Shown: positions 1-9,518 of the stretch, in pieces | How the letters are laid out: each line of letters opens with the position of its first letter | How positions within the stretch are numbered: the stretch's first letter is position 1 | NCBI GenBank assembly: GCA_038219305.1 | Contig: JBBRJM010000001.1 | Coordinates: 3,887 to 67,886 of the forward strand | Direction of reading: 5' to 3' | DNA length: 64,000 bases | Source: Minisyncoccia bacterium | Lineage (GTDB): Bacteria; Patescibacteriota; Minisyncoccia; Phycocordibacterales; UBA9973 | Program-made: the position numbers and the translations under genes | The notes under the pieces: model-generated | Databases searched by the model: none | What the model was told of the DNA's origin: nothing | Seen by the model: the letters and a program-made list of their open reading frames with translations, nothing else

Positions 1-1
1 A

Positions 2-454
2 ATTAGTATATATACAAGTTATCCTATTTATCATTTAGATAATATACTTTTGAATTCAGATTGGTCTCAAAAAGATAAGAGTTTATGGCTAGGTATTTGT
101 AAGGATGAATTTCTTTCAAAAGATACTGGAGTTGTTGATGGTAATTATGGTAGTGTGCTTGATGCAAGAATAGAATGGGCAGATTTAATAATTTTTATAA
201 ATGTTCCAACTTATCGTCATTTATTTAATATTTTTAAAAGATCATTTATGGTTAATTTAGGATTAGAGAAAAGGCATGGAATGCTAGAAGGTAGAAAAGA
301 TACTATTAATTTTGTTTTTTTTAAATGGGTGCTAAAATGGAATAAAGGACATAAAATTAAAATGTTTTCTATTCTAGAATCAATAAAAGATAAAAAAGTA
401 TTGATTTTTAAAAAACCAAGAAAATTAGATTTAGATAAATTATTAGCTATTTAA
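2..454 (+). CDS. Hypothetical protein, 5'-truncated by the window edge. The frame is open to position 2 and the listed start at 50 is TTG. Weak resemblance to the C-terminal region of a P-loop nucleoside/nucleotide kinase-like protein.
   Basis: ORF track 50-454. I read the in-frame upstream codons to the window edge and found no stop. Remote motif similarity only. Confidence 0.3.
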   Translation: MSIYTSYPIYHLDNILLNSDWSQKDKSLWLGICKDEFLSKDTGVVDGNYGSVLDARIEWADLIIFINVPTYRHLFNIFKRSFMVNLGLEKRHGMLEGRKDTINFVFFKWVLKWNKGHKIKMFSILESIKDKKVLIFKKPRKLDLDKLLAI

Positions 455-464
455 AATAAATTTT

Positions 465-1805
465 ATGCAAAATTTAGACTTACAAAAAATCAAAAACGTT
501 CACTTTATTGGTATCGGGGGGATTGGAGTCTCGGCTGTGGCTAGGATGATGGTTCACAATGGAAAGAATGTGACAGGACAAGATATGCAAGAAGGTGAGG
601 TAGTAGAAGAGCTGAGGAAAATTGGAGTGGTTATTGAGATAGGTAAAACCTCGTATGATAAGATTCCAAATGATACAGACTTGGTGGTTTATACTGTTGC
701 CATAGAAACTTATGAGAAAGAACTTTTTGATAAATTAAAGTTAGAGGAGAAATTTCCAATTCGCTCGTATCCCGAAATGCTTGGAATTATAAGTAGTGAC
801 AAATATACAATAGCTGTTTGTGGAACTCACGGTAAGACTACAACGACAGGAATGATGGCTCAAATATTGAAAGATAATGAAAGTGATCCGACGGTTATAG
901 TGGGTAGCCTTTTAAAAGATAAAGATGGGAATAGAACAAACTTCATAGGGGGTCGAAGTGAATACTTTGTCGTTGAAGCTTGCGAATATCGCCGATCATT
1001 TTTGAATATTAATCCGAAAATTTTAGTCATTACTAATATTGATAATGATCATTTAGATTACTATAAAGATATAGAAGATATTAAAAATGCTTTTCGAGAA
1101 ATGGCGATAAAAGTGCCAAGTGATGGTTTTATTATTTGTAATCCCGACGATCCTCATATTGCTGATGTAGTCAAAGGATTAAACGCTAAAATTATTAATT
1201 GGCAAGATTATTATAAGAGTGATTTAAAATTAAAAATTCCGGGGAACCATAATAAGAAAGATGCGGCGGCGGCGATAGCCGCCGCCCATATCCTTGGCAT
1301 TCCAAAAAACAAAGCCGAAGAATTAGTTGGTAATTTTCCCGGCACTTGGAAGCGATTTGAGCTTAAGGGTAAACTTCCAAGTGGAGTTTTAATATATGAT
1401 GATTATGCTCATCATCCTACGGAAATAATTGCAACTTTAGAAGGTTTTCGAGAGCTTTATCCACAAAAAGAGGGTTGGAAACTGACGATCGTCTTTCAAC
1501 CACATTTATTTTCTCGAACAAAATTACTCTTAGCTGATTTTGCCAAAAGTTTTACTGAGGCTGATCAAGTCTTAATCCTTCCAATCTATTTTGCGCGCGA
1601 AGAGGATGATGGCATAATTAATTCTATTATTTTGTCTGATGAAATTAATAAGCACTCTGATAATTCACAAGCGTTTAGTGATTTTGAATCTCTCGGTGTT
1701 TACTTACAAACCAAACTTTCCAATATGAATGAAAAGTGTGTAATAATCACAATGGGTGCCGGTGGAGCTTCAAAAATTGGAGAATCAATTTTAAATAATT
1801 ATTAG
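465..1805 (+). CDS. murC: UDP-N-acetylmuramate--L-alanine ligase (MurC)
   Basis: N-terminal HFIGIGGIGVSAVA motif and the CGTHGKTTTT P-loop of Mur ligases. Length 446 aa. Confidence 0.8.
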   Translation: MQNLDLQKIKNVHFIGIGGIGVSAVARMMVHNGKNVTGQDMQEGEVVEELRKIGVVIEIGKTSYDKIPNDTDLVVYTVAIETYEKELFDKLKLEEKFPIRSYPEMLGIISSDKYTIAVCGTHGKTTTTGMMAQILKDNESDPTVIVGSLLKDKDGNRTNFIGGRSEYFVVEACEYRRSFLNINPKILVITNIDNDHLDYYKDIEDIKNAFREMAIKVPSDGFIICNPDDPHIADVVKGLNAKIINWQDYYKSDLKLKIPGNHNKKDAAAAIAAAHILGIPKNKAEELVGNFPGTWKRFELKGKLPSGVLIYDDYAHHPTEIIATLEGFRELYPQKEGWKLTIVFQPHLFSRTKLLLADFAKSFTEADQVLILPIYFAREEDDGIINSIILSDEINKHSDNSQAFSDFESLGVYLQTKLSNMNEKCVIITMGAGGASKIGESILNNY

Positions 1806-1829
1806 ATATCTTTGTGATACAATAAGGCA

Positions 1830-2636
1830 ATGAAAAAATTCTTAATACTTTTTATATTTATATTTTATATAACAGCCTTAATTTCTTCAGCCGAAGAAAT
1901 TACTGGAATTATTCCAGGTCAGATTTGGTACTCAACGGATTCACTTAAAGAAGGTGAGACAGTTAAAATCTATACAGCTATTTGGAATGATACGAAACAG
2001 AATTTATCGACCAAGGTTGAATTCTACGATAAGAATGTTATTCTTGGAACACGCGATATCACAATTTTACCCGATCAAGTTTCTGGAGTGAATGTTTCTT
2101 GGAAAGTTACATCTGGTGACCATCTTGTTTCAGCAAAGATTATCTCTTCAGTCTTAAATAAACAAGGTATTAAAGACCCTATTGTTCTTAGTCGAGTTTC
2201 AACAAATTTGGATAAGAAATTTGTTCCTGCTATTGTGACAAATATTGATGGATCACCGGCCACAAGTGCCGATGTTGTTAAAAGTCAAATTGATAAAGCT
2301 AGTTCAAGAATTTCCGAAGCCATTCCTGATTCTGTAGGTCAACCCGTCTCCAATCTTTTTGGAAATATTGAAACTTTTAAAAATAAAATATTTAACCAAA
2401 TCATTCAAAGCAAAGCTAAAACAAAAGCTGAAATAAAAGGAATGGAAAATAAAGAAGGGACAATTGGAAACTCAGCCACATTAAATAAAACTGACAAGCC
2501 GATTGCTTATTTAAAACTTTTCTTTTTGTCAGTTATTTATTTTATATTTAGTAGTAAAATATTATTTTATGGAATAATTTTTTTATTGATATTTCTAATA
2601 ATTCGTTATCTTTATCTTAAATTAAAATATAAATAA
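1830..2636 (+). CDS. Hypothetical exported protein with an N-terminal signal/TM and a C-terminal TM anchor
   Basis: Hydrophobic N-terminus (LILFIFIFYITALISSA) and a hydrophobic C-terminal tail. No recognisable catalytic motif. Confidence 0.45.
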   Translation: MKKFLILFIFIFYITALISSAEEITGIIPGQIWYSTDSLKEGETVKIYTAIWNDTKQNLSTKVEFYDKNVILGTRDITILPDQVSGVNVSWKVTSGDHLVSAKIISSVLNKQGIKDPIVLSRVSTNLDKKFVPAIVTNIDGSPATSADVVKSQIDKASSRISEAIPDSVGQPVSNLFGNIETFKNKIFNQIIQSKAKTKAEIKGMENKEGTIGNSATLNKTDKPIAYLKLFFLSVIYFIFSSKILFYGIIFLLIFLIIRYLYLKLKYK

Positions 2637-2679
2637 CATATTTGTCAATTTGGACTTCTATCTTGTATAATGGCAACAT

Positions 2680-2955
2680 ATGCCAAGACTATTTTTTAAT
2701 TTAATTATTTTTTTCTCTATTTTCCTTTTTCCATGGTGGATTAGTGCCTTTCTTGTTTTAGTTGGTCTCTTTCTTTTTGTTGAATATTATGAGTTTTTAT
2801 TTATAATGATTGGTATTTATGGTCTATATATGACTAAGGGAGTTTGGCTTATTTCTTCGCCATTTATTTATTCAGTCGCAGTTTCTATAATTTTCTTGGG
2901 TATTCAATCATTGCGTCGCTATATCATTCTATATAAAAATGAAATTCCATATTAA
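2680..2955 (+). CDS. Small polytopic membrane protein (about 3 TM), directly upstream of and overlapping the PBP2 gene. Possibly MreD-like.
   Basis: 91 aa, three hydrophobic segments, 17-nt overlap with the next gene. Position equivalent to mreD, but there is no sequence proof. Confidence 0.35.
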   Translation: MPRLFFNLIIFFSIFLFPWWISAFLVLVGLFLFVEYYEFLFIMIGIYGLYMTKGVWLISSPFIYSVAVSIIFLGIQSLRRYIILYKNEIPY

Positions 2956-4636
2956 TCATAATAGAATAGGCCGAGATATTGATCCTGATGAGATTTTTCT
3001 AGATTCAAAAAATTTACCAAATTTCAATACTCAACAATTTGAAGGTCGCATAGAGCGACCAATTTCTAAGCGAATCATATTTTATCTTGGTTCTTTCTTT
3101 ATTTTGATTTTTTTAATTTTTACTTGGCAAGTAGGTAATCTACAAATTATTCGAGGCGAAATGTATTTTAAAAGAAGTGAGAATAATACTTTGATGAAAG
3201 TTCCGATTTTTGCTGATCGAGGTTTAATTTATGATAAAAATAATGTTTTGCTTGCTTGGAATACTTGGGATAAGGATGATACTAATCGATTTTCTTCACC
3301 TAAAAGATCATATATTTCTCAATTAGGTTTTGGATTACTGTTAGGGTATACAAGTTCGCCAGCGAAAGATTCCTCTGGAAATTATTGGCGAGAAAATTTT
3401 ATTGGTAAAGATGGTATTGAAAAATATTACAATGAGTCATTAACTGGTGGTAACGGAGTTTTGATATCTGAGACTGATGTTTTAGGGGGGATTCAATCTG
3501 AAAATATTGTTGCAAAACCAACTCCTGGTGAAAATATTATTCTCTCAATTGATTCACGAATTCAGGGAAAAATGTTTAATTCAATCAAAGAAATGGCTGA
3601 AAATTTAAACTTCCAAGGTGGTGCCGGATTGATTATGGATATAAAAACAGGTGAACTTATCACTATGGCAAGTTATCCAGAATACGATAGTAATATAATA
3701 TCGTATGGTAAAGATAATAAAACGATTAGCAACTATTTAGCTGATAAAAGAAAAGTTTTTCTTAATCGAAATGTCTCAGGGCTATATAGTCCAGGCTCAA
3801 TCGTAAAACCATTTCTCGGCTACGGGGCTTTGGTTGAGAATGTTATTTCACCATTGAAACAAATTCTCTCTAATGGTTCTATTTCGATTCCAAATCCTTA
3901 TTTTCCTGATAAAAAAACTATTTTTAAAGATCACGGGTCATTTGGCTATGTTGATATGGTGAAAGCTATTGCAATTTCTTCGGATGTTTATTTTTATGAA
4001 ATTGGCGGTGGTTTTGAAAATCAAAAAGGTTTGGGTATTTTAAATATAGATAAATATGCAAATTTCTTTGGCATTTCTAATAAAACTGGAATTGATTTTG
4101 TAGGTGAAAAAGAGGGAACAGTTCCGACTCCTGAGTGGAAAATAAAAAATTTCAAAGGTGAAAAGTGGCGGGTTGGTGATACCTATAACACAGCTATCGG
4201 TCAATATGGCTTTCAAGTCACCCCCATCCAGATGGTTAAAGCTGTCTCCGGGATTGCTAATATGGGTTTAGTCCCGACTCCACATCTAAGGAAAGGAGAT
4301 GTCAATTATGAAGCAAAAGCTGTCACAATACCAATTGATAAAGAAAAAATGAAAGTAATACATGAAGGTATGCGGATGGCTGTGACGGAAGGAACGGCCA
4401 CAGCTTTAAACTTACCAGCCGTTAAAGTGGCTGCTAAATCAGGAACTGCGCAGGTTGGAGTCGGTAATACAAATACAAACTCTTGGATTGTTGGATTTTT
4501 TCCTTATGAAAACCCAAAATATTCTTTTGCAGTGATTCTGGAACGAGGTCCGAAAGAAGCATCTGGTAATGCTACTCGTGTTATGAGTCAAGTCATTGAT
4601 TATATGTCTGTTTATGCCAGAGAATATATAAATTAA
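2939..4636 (+). CDS. Class B penicillin-binding protein (PBP2/MrdA-like transpeptidase)
   Basis: N-terminal TM. Dimerisation region plus transpeptidase motifs: SxxK (SPGSIVKP), SDN-like (SSDVYFYE) and KSGT (AKSGTAQ). Confidence 0.75.
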   Translation: MKFHINHNRIGRDIDPDEIFLDSKNLPNFNTQQFEGRIERPISKRIIFYLGSFFILIFLIFTWQVGNLQIIRGEMYFKRSENNTLMKVPIFADRGLIYDKNNVLLAWNTWDKDDTNRFSSPKRSYISQLGFGLLLGYTSSPAKDSSGNYWRENFIGKDGIEKYYNESLTGGNGVLISETDVLGGIQSENIVAKPTPGENIILSIDSRIQGKMFNSIKEMAENLNFQGGAGLIMDIKTGELITMASYPEYDSNIISYGKDNKTISNYLADKRKVFLNRNVSGLYSPGSIVKPFLGYGALVENVISPLKQILSNGSISIPNPYFPDKKTIFKDHGSFGYVDMVKAIAISSDVYFYEIGGGFENQKGLGILNIDKYANFFGISNKTGIDFVGEKEGTVPTPEWKIKNFKGEKWRVGDTYNTAIGQYGFQVTPIQMVKAVSGIANMGLVPTPHLRKGDVNYEAKAVTIPIDKEKMKVIHEGMRMAVTEGTATALNLPAVKVAAKSGTAQVGVGNTNTNSWIVGFFPYENPKYSFAVILERGPKEASGNATRVMSQVIDYMSVYAREYIN

Positions 4637-4822
4637 AAACTTGCTTTTTATTTATATTGCTTTCTCAATTTCATTTTAATTATTAATGAAAATGGAATGT
4701 ATTTTAAATCTAGATTTCAAATACATTTAATATTTAAAAGAAAAATAATAAAAATTGGGGCTCGGATTGAATACGATTGAATGTTTACTTTATTGGTTAT
4801 TTACGATATAATAATATCTATT

Positions 4823-5287
4823 ATGGATGAAAAAAAATATATAACAGAAGAAAAAAAGGTTGCTTTACAAGAGGAAATTAATCATTTAAAAACGGTTAAA
4901 CGCCAAGAGATTTCAGAATCTCTACAATCAGCCAAGGCTTTGGGTGATCTTTCAGAAAATGCTGAATACCATCAAGCTCGAGAAGATCAAGGAAAAACTG
5001 AAGATAGAATTAATCAAATTGAATATATTCTTCAATCTGCCGAAGTTATAAAGAAACACTCGTCTGTTCAAGTTGAAATTGGGACGACAGTTATTGTCAA
5101 AAAAGAAAACTCAAAAGAGAATACAACTTATAGTATTGTTGGAGCAGAAGAAGCTGATATTACTCACAATAAAATCTCAAATAAGTCACCACTTGGTGAA
5201 GCACTTTTTGGTAAATCAAAAGGAGATGTCGTTTCAATCATCACTCCAAAAGGACCCGTCACCTATACACTAGTTGATATAAAGTAA
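4823..5287 (+). CDS. greA: Transcription elongation factor GreA. ORF track start is 4781; the Met at 4823 gives a canonical 154 aa.
   Basis: Coiled-coil N-domain LKxxxR...SENAEYHQARE signature plus a C-terminal FKBP-like domain. Confidence 0.8.
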   Translation: MDEKKYITEEKKVALQEEINHLKTVKRQEISESLQSAKALGDLSENAEYHQAREDQGKTEDRINQIEYILQSAEVIKKHSSVQVEIGTTVIVKKENSKENTTYSIVGAEEADITHNKISNKSPLGEALFGKSKGDVVSIITPKGPVTYTLVDIK

Positions 5288-5293
5288 AACCAT

Positions 5294-6781
5294 ATGGCCT
5301 CAATTGAAGAACTGCGCATAGCGCGATTGCAAAAAATTGAAAAATTAAATAGTGCTGGGATTGAAGCGTATCCTAGTAGTGTTTTGCGTGATTTCTCAAT
5401 TGGCTATATTAAAGAAAAATTTGATTCACTTATTTCTGATTCAGAAGAAAGTTACATTTCAATTGCTGGGCGAGTTATGGTTGTTCGTGGACAAGGAGCA
5501 ATTTTATTTATTGTTATTCAAGATGCTGGAGAAAAACTTCAAGCAGTTTTAAAGAAAGACGAACTTCCGCAAGATGTTTTTGATCTCTTTGTTGAGACGG
5601 TAGATAATGGTGATTTTATTAGTGTTACAGGACCGCTTTTTATTACAGCACGTGGTGAAAAAAGTATTTTGATTAAGAGCTGGCGTATGGCCAGCAAAGC
5701 CCTATTACCATTACCTGATAAGTGGCACGGATTAACCGATGTTGAAGAAATTTATCGTAAACGATATCTTGATATTATCATGGAGAAAGAAGTCTATGAT
5801 CGATTTATTATTCGTTCAAAAGTTATTAAATATATAAGAAATTATTTCGACGGTAAACATCTTTTAGAAGTTGAAACCCCAATCTTGCAGAATCAAGCTG
5901 GTGGTGGAATGGCTAAAGTTTTCAATACTCACCACAATGATTATGATATGCCAATGGTTCTTCGGATTGCTCTTGAATTAGAACATAAAATAATTATGGC
6001 AGGTGGTTATGAAGGCGTTTATGAAATAGGCAAGAATTTCCGCAATGAAGGATCAGATCCATCCCATATTCAAGAATTTACTATGATTGAATGGTATGCG
6101 GCCTTTCATACTCTGGAAACAAATATTAAATGGACGGAAGAATTATTGAAATTAATTGCTGTTGATTTGATACAGAAAACTACTTTTAAAGTTTATAATA
6201 AAGAAGGTGGTGAAATAGAAGTTAATTTTGATGGTGTCTGGCCAACTGTTAGTTTTTCTTCACTTTTAAAAGAGAATGCTAGTATTGATAGTATAAATAT
6301 AACCAAAGAGGATGCTGTAGATCAGGCAATTGTATGGGGAATGAAGCCAGCTGATGCCAAGAAAATGGGCCGAGGAAATTTACTTGATTTCATTTACAAG
6401 AAATCATCTCGCAGTAAAATAATAAATCCAACTTTTGTGATCGATTGGCCAAGCGATTTGAAACCACTAGCCGCTCAAAATCCTGATGGGACAGCTAAGG
6501 TTGCTCAGCTTGTTATAGCTGGAACTGAAATTACTAACCAATATCAAGAACTAGTAAATCCAATAATTCAGCGTGAACTTCTTAGTGCTCAATCTAAAGC
6601 TAAAGAAGGAGGGGACGAAGAAGCTATGCAAATAGATGAAAGATTTTTAACAGCTATGGAACATGGTATGCCACCAATGACCGGTTTTGGTATGGGGATT
6701 GATCGCCTAATTGCTATTTTAACTGAACAGAAAAATATTCGCGATGTCATTTTCTTTCCAATAATGCATCCTAAAGAATAA
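5294..6781 (+). CDS. lysS: Lysyl-tRNA synthetase, class II
   Basis: N-terminal OB anticodon-binding domain. Class II motifs: motif 2 FRNEG and motif 3 GMGIDRL. Confidence 0.85.
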   Translation: MASIEELRIARLQKIEKLNSAGIEAYPSSVLRDFSIGYIKEKFDSLISDSEESYISIAGRVMVVRGQGAILFIVIQDAGEKLQAVLKKDELPQDVFDLFVETVDNGDFISVTGPLFITARGEKSILIKSWRMASKALLPLPDKWHGLTDVEEIYRKRYLDIIMEKEVYDRFIIRSKVIKYIRNYFDGKHLLEVETPILQNQAGGGMAKVFNTHHNDYDMPMVLRIALELEHKIIMAGGYEGVYEIGKNFRNEGSDPSHIQEFTMIEWYAAFHTLETNIKWTEELLKLIAVDLIQKTTFKVYNKEGGEIEVNFDGVWPTVSFSSLLKENASIDSINITKEDAVDQAIVWGMKPADAKKMGRGNLLDFIYKKSSRSKIINPTFVIDWPSDLKPLAAQNPDGTAKVAQLVIAGTEITNQYQELVNPIIQRELLSAQSKAKEGGDEEAMQIDERFLTAMEHGMPPMTGFGMGIDRLIAILTEQKNIRDVIFFPIMHPKE

Positions 6782-6813
6782 AAAAATCTGAATTAATATA
6801 TTAATATAAAATA

Positions 6814-6846
6814 CTAGCTCAAATGGTTGGGCTAGTATTTTTTTGA
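6814..6846 (+). terminator. Rho-independent terminator after lysS
   Basis: actagctcaaatggttgggctagt hairpin followed by a T8 run. Confidence 0.6.
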
Positions 6847-6872
6847 GAAAGATTTTATAAAAAATAATGATA

Positions 6873-6912
6873 AAAGTATCAGATTTACGTATATGCGTAA
6901 ATCTGATACTTT
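6873..6912. repeat. 40-bp near-perfect palindrome (17-bp arms, 6-nt spacer)
   Basis: aaagtatcagatttacg-tatatg-cgtaaatctgatacttt read directly from the sequence. About 75 bp from the IS30 left end. Confidence 0.8.
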
Positions 6913-6987
6913 AGAAATTTAAATTAGGAATAATTAGAGATGCCATTGATTTGCAGTTCAAATAATGGTAATGTATCGGCAATATTG

Positions 6988-8062
6988 GATCGGTAAATTC
7001 AGCCCTCAAATGCAATTATTTATCTAACTAATAATCTCCAACTCCTTCTATTATACCATGTGCTATTGCGACCTCATAAGCACTCATATATCCGAGTGAC
7101 TTCCTCCATTTATTATTCAAATGATTTTCAGCTTCCTGTATCTTTTCTTCTGATACTTGTGACCATCTAGTTCCTTTGGGAAACCACCATCTTCTCAATA
7201 ATCCATTTTGATTTTCTACATGTGGCTTCTGCCAAGGAGAATGTGGATCACAAAAGAAAGTACTTACACCAAATTGTTGGTGTTTTTTGTTTTCAATACC
7301 ACGATCAGCAATGAGTGAAAGTATTTTTGTATTCTCATTAATATTTTGTACAGCATATGCCATTCCATCTGGTTTTAAATTCTCAATTTTCTTTAAACGA
7401 ATTAGTTTTTCTTTTCTAAAAGCTACTACTACCAAAGCGGGTTTTTCTTCACTTTTCTTAGGTGATACCATTGTATCAACTTCACCATTTCCATATCTTG
7501 TTTTGTTCAAAGAGCCTTTAGGGGCTTCTCTAAATGACACAAGGTTAGGTATCATCTGTCTTTTAACCCCATCTTTCTTATGGGGTTTTCTGTTGTATCT
7601 CTTAGTACACAAGTATTTACAGTATAGTTGACCATATGGACTTCTTAACCATCCATATATTGCATTCTTGCTTGCATAAAATCCTTCTCTATCTTTCCTC
7701 ATTCTTCCTGATATCTCATCTGGAGATCTTTTCTTCTTTAAATGTTTAATTATATATTTCTTTAAATCATTATTCTTCTCTATTTGATACCCCTGATACT
7801 TACTATTTGATCTATTGATATTAGCTCTCAATATTGCAACTTCTGCATCATATATACCATCTTCTCTGCTATATCTTTTTATCTCTCTTGATATTGTTCC
7901 CTCATTTACTTTTAATACCTCGGCACATGATTTTTGATTGTGCCCCTCAAATATCAAGGCTTCTAAACTACGTCTTTTGTTGTTATTTAATTGTGAAAAT
8001 CTTCTAATTTTTGCCATAAATTCCATATTACAGAATTGCAATTCAAAAGGGAATTTTCGATC
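6988..8062 (-). mobile_element. IS30-family insertion sequence, about 1.07 kb, with imperfect terminal inverted repeats
   Basis: Single transposase ORF. Right end ...aattgcaattcaaaagggaattttcgatc matches the reverse complement of the left end gatcggtaaattcagccctcaaatgcaatt (shared GGG..GAATTT.CGATC and AATTGCA blocks). Boundaries are approximate. Confidence 0.55.
7028..8041 (-). CDS. IS30-family transposase (N-terminal HTH plus DDE integrase core)
   Basis: HTH-like N-terminus and a DDE core with the IS30-typical ...HSPWQKPHVENQNGLLRRWWFPKGT... segment. Confidence 0.75.
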   Translation of the reverse strand: MQFCNMEFMAKIRRFSQLNNNKRRSLEALIFEGHNQKSCAEVLKVNEGTISREIKRYSREDGIYDAEVAILRANINRSNSKYQGYQIEKNNDLKKYIIKHLKKKRSPDEISGRMRKDREGFYASKNAIYGWLRSPYGQLYCKYLCTKRYNRKPHKKDGVKRQMIPNLVSFREAPKGSLNKTRYGNGEVDTMVSPKKSEEKPALVVVAFRKEKLIRLKKIENLKPDGMAYAVQNINENTKILSLIADRGIENKKHQQFGVSTFFCDPHSPWQKPHVENQNGLLRRWWFPKGTRWSQVSEEKIQEAENHLNNKWRKSLGYMSAYEVAIAHGIIEGVGDY

Positions 8063-8139
8063 TTTGACATACTTAATTTTGTTTATTTATGTTGGGTTTT
8101 CTGAGCTTCCTTTGTGGTGATTCAGAAAACCCAACATGA

Positions 8140-8682
8140 ATGAAAATGAAAATAATCCAACCATTCTATTTCTATGAATCTGACGCTTTAGAAGTAGTCA
8201 GAAGAAGAAAATTATTGAAAAGAATTGAAACGAATGTTGAAAATATATTACTGATATTATTCATATATTCGTTCTTAATAATTTGGCTATTTTTTGCCAA
8301 TTATTTCGAAGCGAGTCAAATTTTTCTTTTTTTAAAGAAGATTAATCCTTTACTAGTTTTAGTTGGATTAATTGTTTCTTCTTTAGCAGTTCCACTTTTC
8401 CCATTGTGGAATATCTACGATGAGTATAGGGAATTGGATGTTGAAAAAATTATAAATTTGGAACATCGATACAAAAGAAACTATAAGAGACTTTTTTCTT
8501 TGTTTCTGATTATGACAATTTTGTCGAAATCGGTTGTTGCTTTGGATTTATATTTTATTTTTGGGTATTTTTCTTTACTAATTTATTTATTTTTTATTTT
8601 CTTCAAGAAAAAAATAAAGAAAGTATTGGTGATTAAAAAGAAAAAAACTTATCCATTTTCAAGATTTAAATTAATTGATTAA
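8140..8682 (+). CDS. Hypothetical polytopic membrane protein
   Basis: Multiple hydrophobic segments and a Lys-rich tail. No recognisable domain. Confidence 0.4.
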   Translation: MKMKIIQPFYFYESDALEVVRRRKLLKRIETNVENILLILFIYSFLIIWLFFANYFEASQIFLFLKKINPLLVLVGLIVSSLAVPLFPLWNIYDEYRELDVEKIINLEHRYKRNYKRLFSLFLIMTILSKSVVALDLYFIFGYFSLLIYLFFIFFKKKIKKVLVIKKKKTYPFSRFKLID

Positions 8683-8856
8683 AATAAATTCAACCATTGA
8701 AAGAGAAAATGAATCACCCCACCGCAAGCGGTGAGATATCAGTGAGTTGAATAATGTATATTAATCAAACAAAGTAAGATTTTCTGTGTGGATTTGAGTA
8801 TATGCTTTGTAACCTTGATTTGTATAGTTAGTAATCATATTATATACCCCGAATAA

Positions 8857-8887
8857 AAACCTAGGATTTGTTCTAGGTTTTTTTATT
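8857..8887 (+). terminator. Rho-independent terminator
   Basis: aaacctaggatttgttctaggttt hairpin plus a T run. Confidence 0.6.
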
Positions 8888-8975
8888 ATCCACTAAAAAT
8901 AATCATAATAATCAATGTTTTTGTCAGAAAATTTATTTTTTCATTCATTAAAAAGAAGAGTTATCCACTTTTCAG

Positions 8976-9045
8976 GTGGGAAGGGGTATTTGTATTGTGG
9001 GATAAAGTGGTTTATAATAGAAGCAAGTGGGATGAAGTGGGTTAA
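8976..9045 (+). promoter_or_regulatory. dcw-cluster promoter overlapped by an MraZ operator array of GTGGG direct repeats
   Basis: GTGGG/AGTGG(G) boxes at 8976, 8997, 9007, 9027 and 9037, with 10/20-bp phasing. -35 TTGTAT (8990-8995), a 17-bp spacer, then -10 TATAAT (9013-9018). mraZ starts at 9084. Confidence 0.6.
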
Positions 9046-9083
9046 ATCATTTATCATAATTAACCTTATTCCACAATATTATT

Positions 9084-9518
9084 ATGCTTATTGGAGAGTA
9101 TACACATACACTAGATGACAAAAATCGAATGTCACTACCTGTGAAGTTCCGCAAGGAAATGGGTAAGAGTGTTGTTATTGCTCCAGGACTTGATAATTGT
9201 CTTTCAATTTTTACGACAAAAGAGTGGCAAAAAGTATCCGCTAAATTATCGGATTCCTCAATGCTAGCTTCTGATAATCGAAGTTTTTCGAGATTTATGT
9301 TTGGTCAAGCTGTCATCGCTGATGTTGACACAAATGGCCGAATATTGATTCCGGAAAATTTAAAAATACGATCCAGCCTTAGTAATAAGGTGGTTGTTAT
9401 TGGTGTTCAAAATAGAGCAGAAATTTGGAATGAAGTCGCTTGGAATGATTATAAGAAGTTAGTTGAAACTCAAGCAGATGCTTTAGCTGACAAATTAGGT
9501 CAAATTGGCGTTCTTTAA
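9084..9518 (+). CDS. mraZ: Transcriptional regulator MraZ
   Basis: Two SpoVT/AbrB-like repeats with the DDKNRMSLP and DxNGRILIP signatures. First gene of the dcw block. Confidence 0.85.
   Translation: MLIGEYTHTLDDKNRMSLPVKFRKEMGKSVVIAPGLDNCLSIFTTKEWQKVSAKLSDSSMLASDNRSFSRFMFGQAVIADVDTNGRILIPENLKIRSSLSNKVVVIGVQNRAEIWNEVAWNDYKKLVETQADALADKLGQIGVL

Noticed and set aside
2075-2263. Antisense/overlapping short ORFs from the track (for example 2075-2263, 5073-5273, 5352-5552, 7287-7631, 11196-11483, 22669-22956, 25222-25416, 27722-27967, 30536-30838, 38815-39039, 44886-45143, 50066-50590, 52418-52657, 54037-54261, 60372-60569)
   Set aside because: Each is fully embedded in, or antisense to, a longer ORF with clear homology-type motifs. 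Their compositions are typical of out-of-frame translation of AT-rich coding DNA.
8915-9118. 67-aa ORF from the six-frame track, upstream of mraZ
   Set aside because: It lies exactly over the GTGGG operator array and the -35/-10 promoter of mraZ, has no RBS, and has a low-complexity composition.
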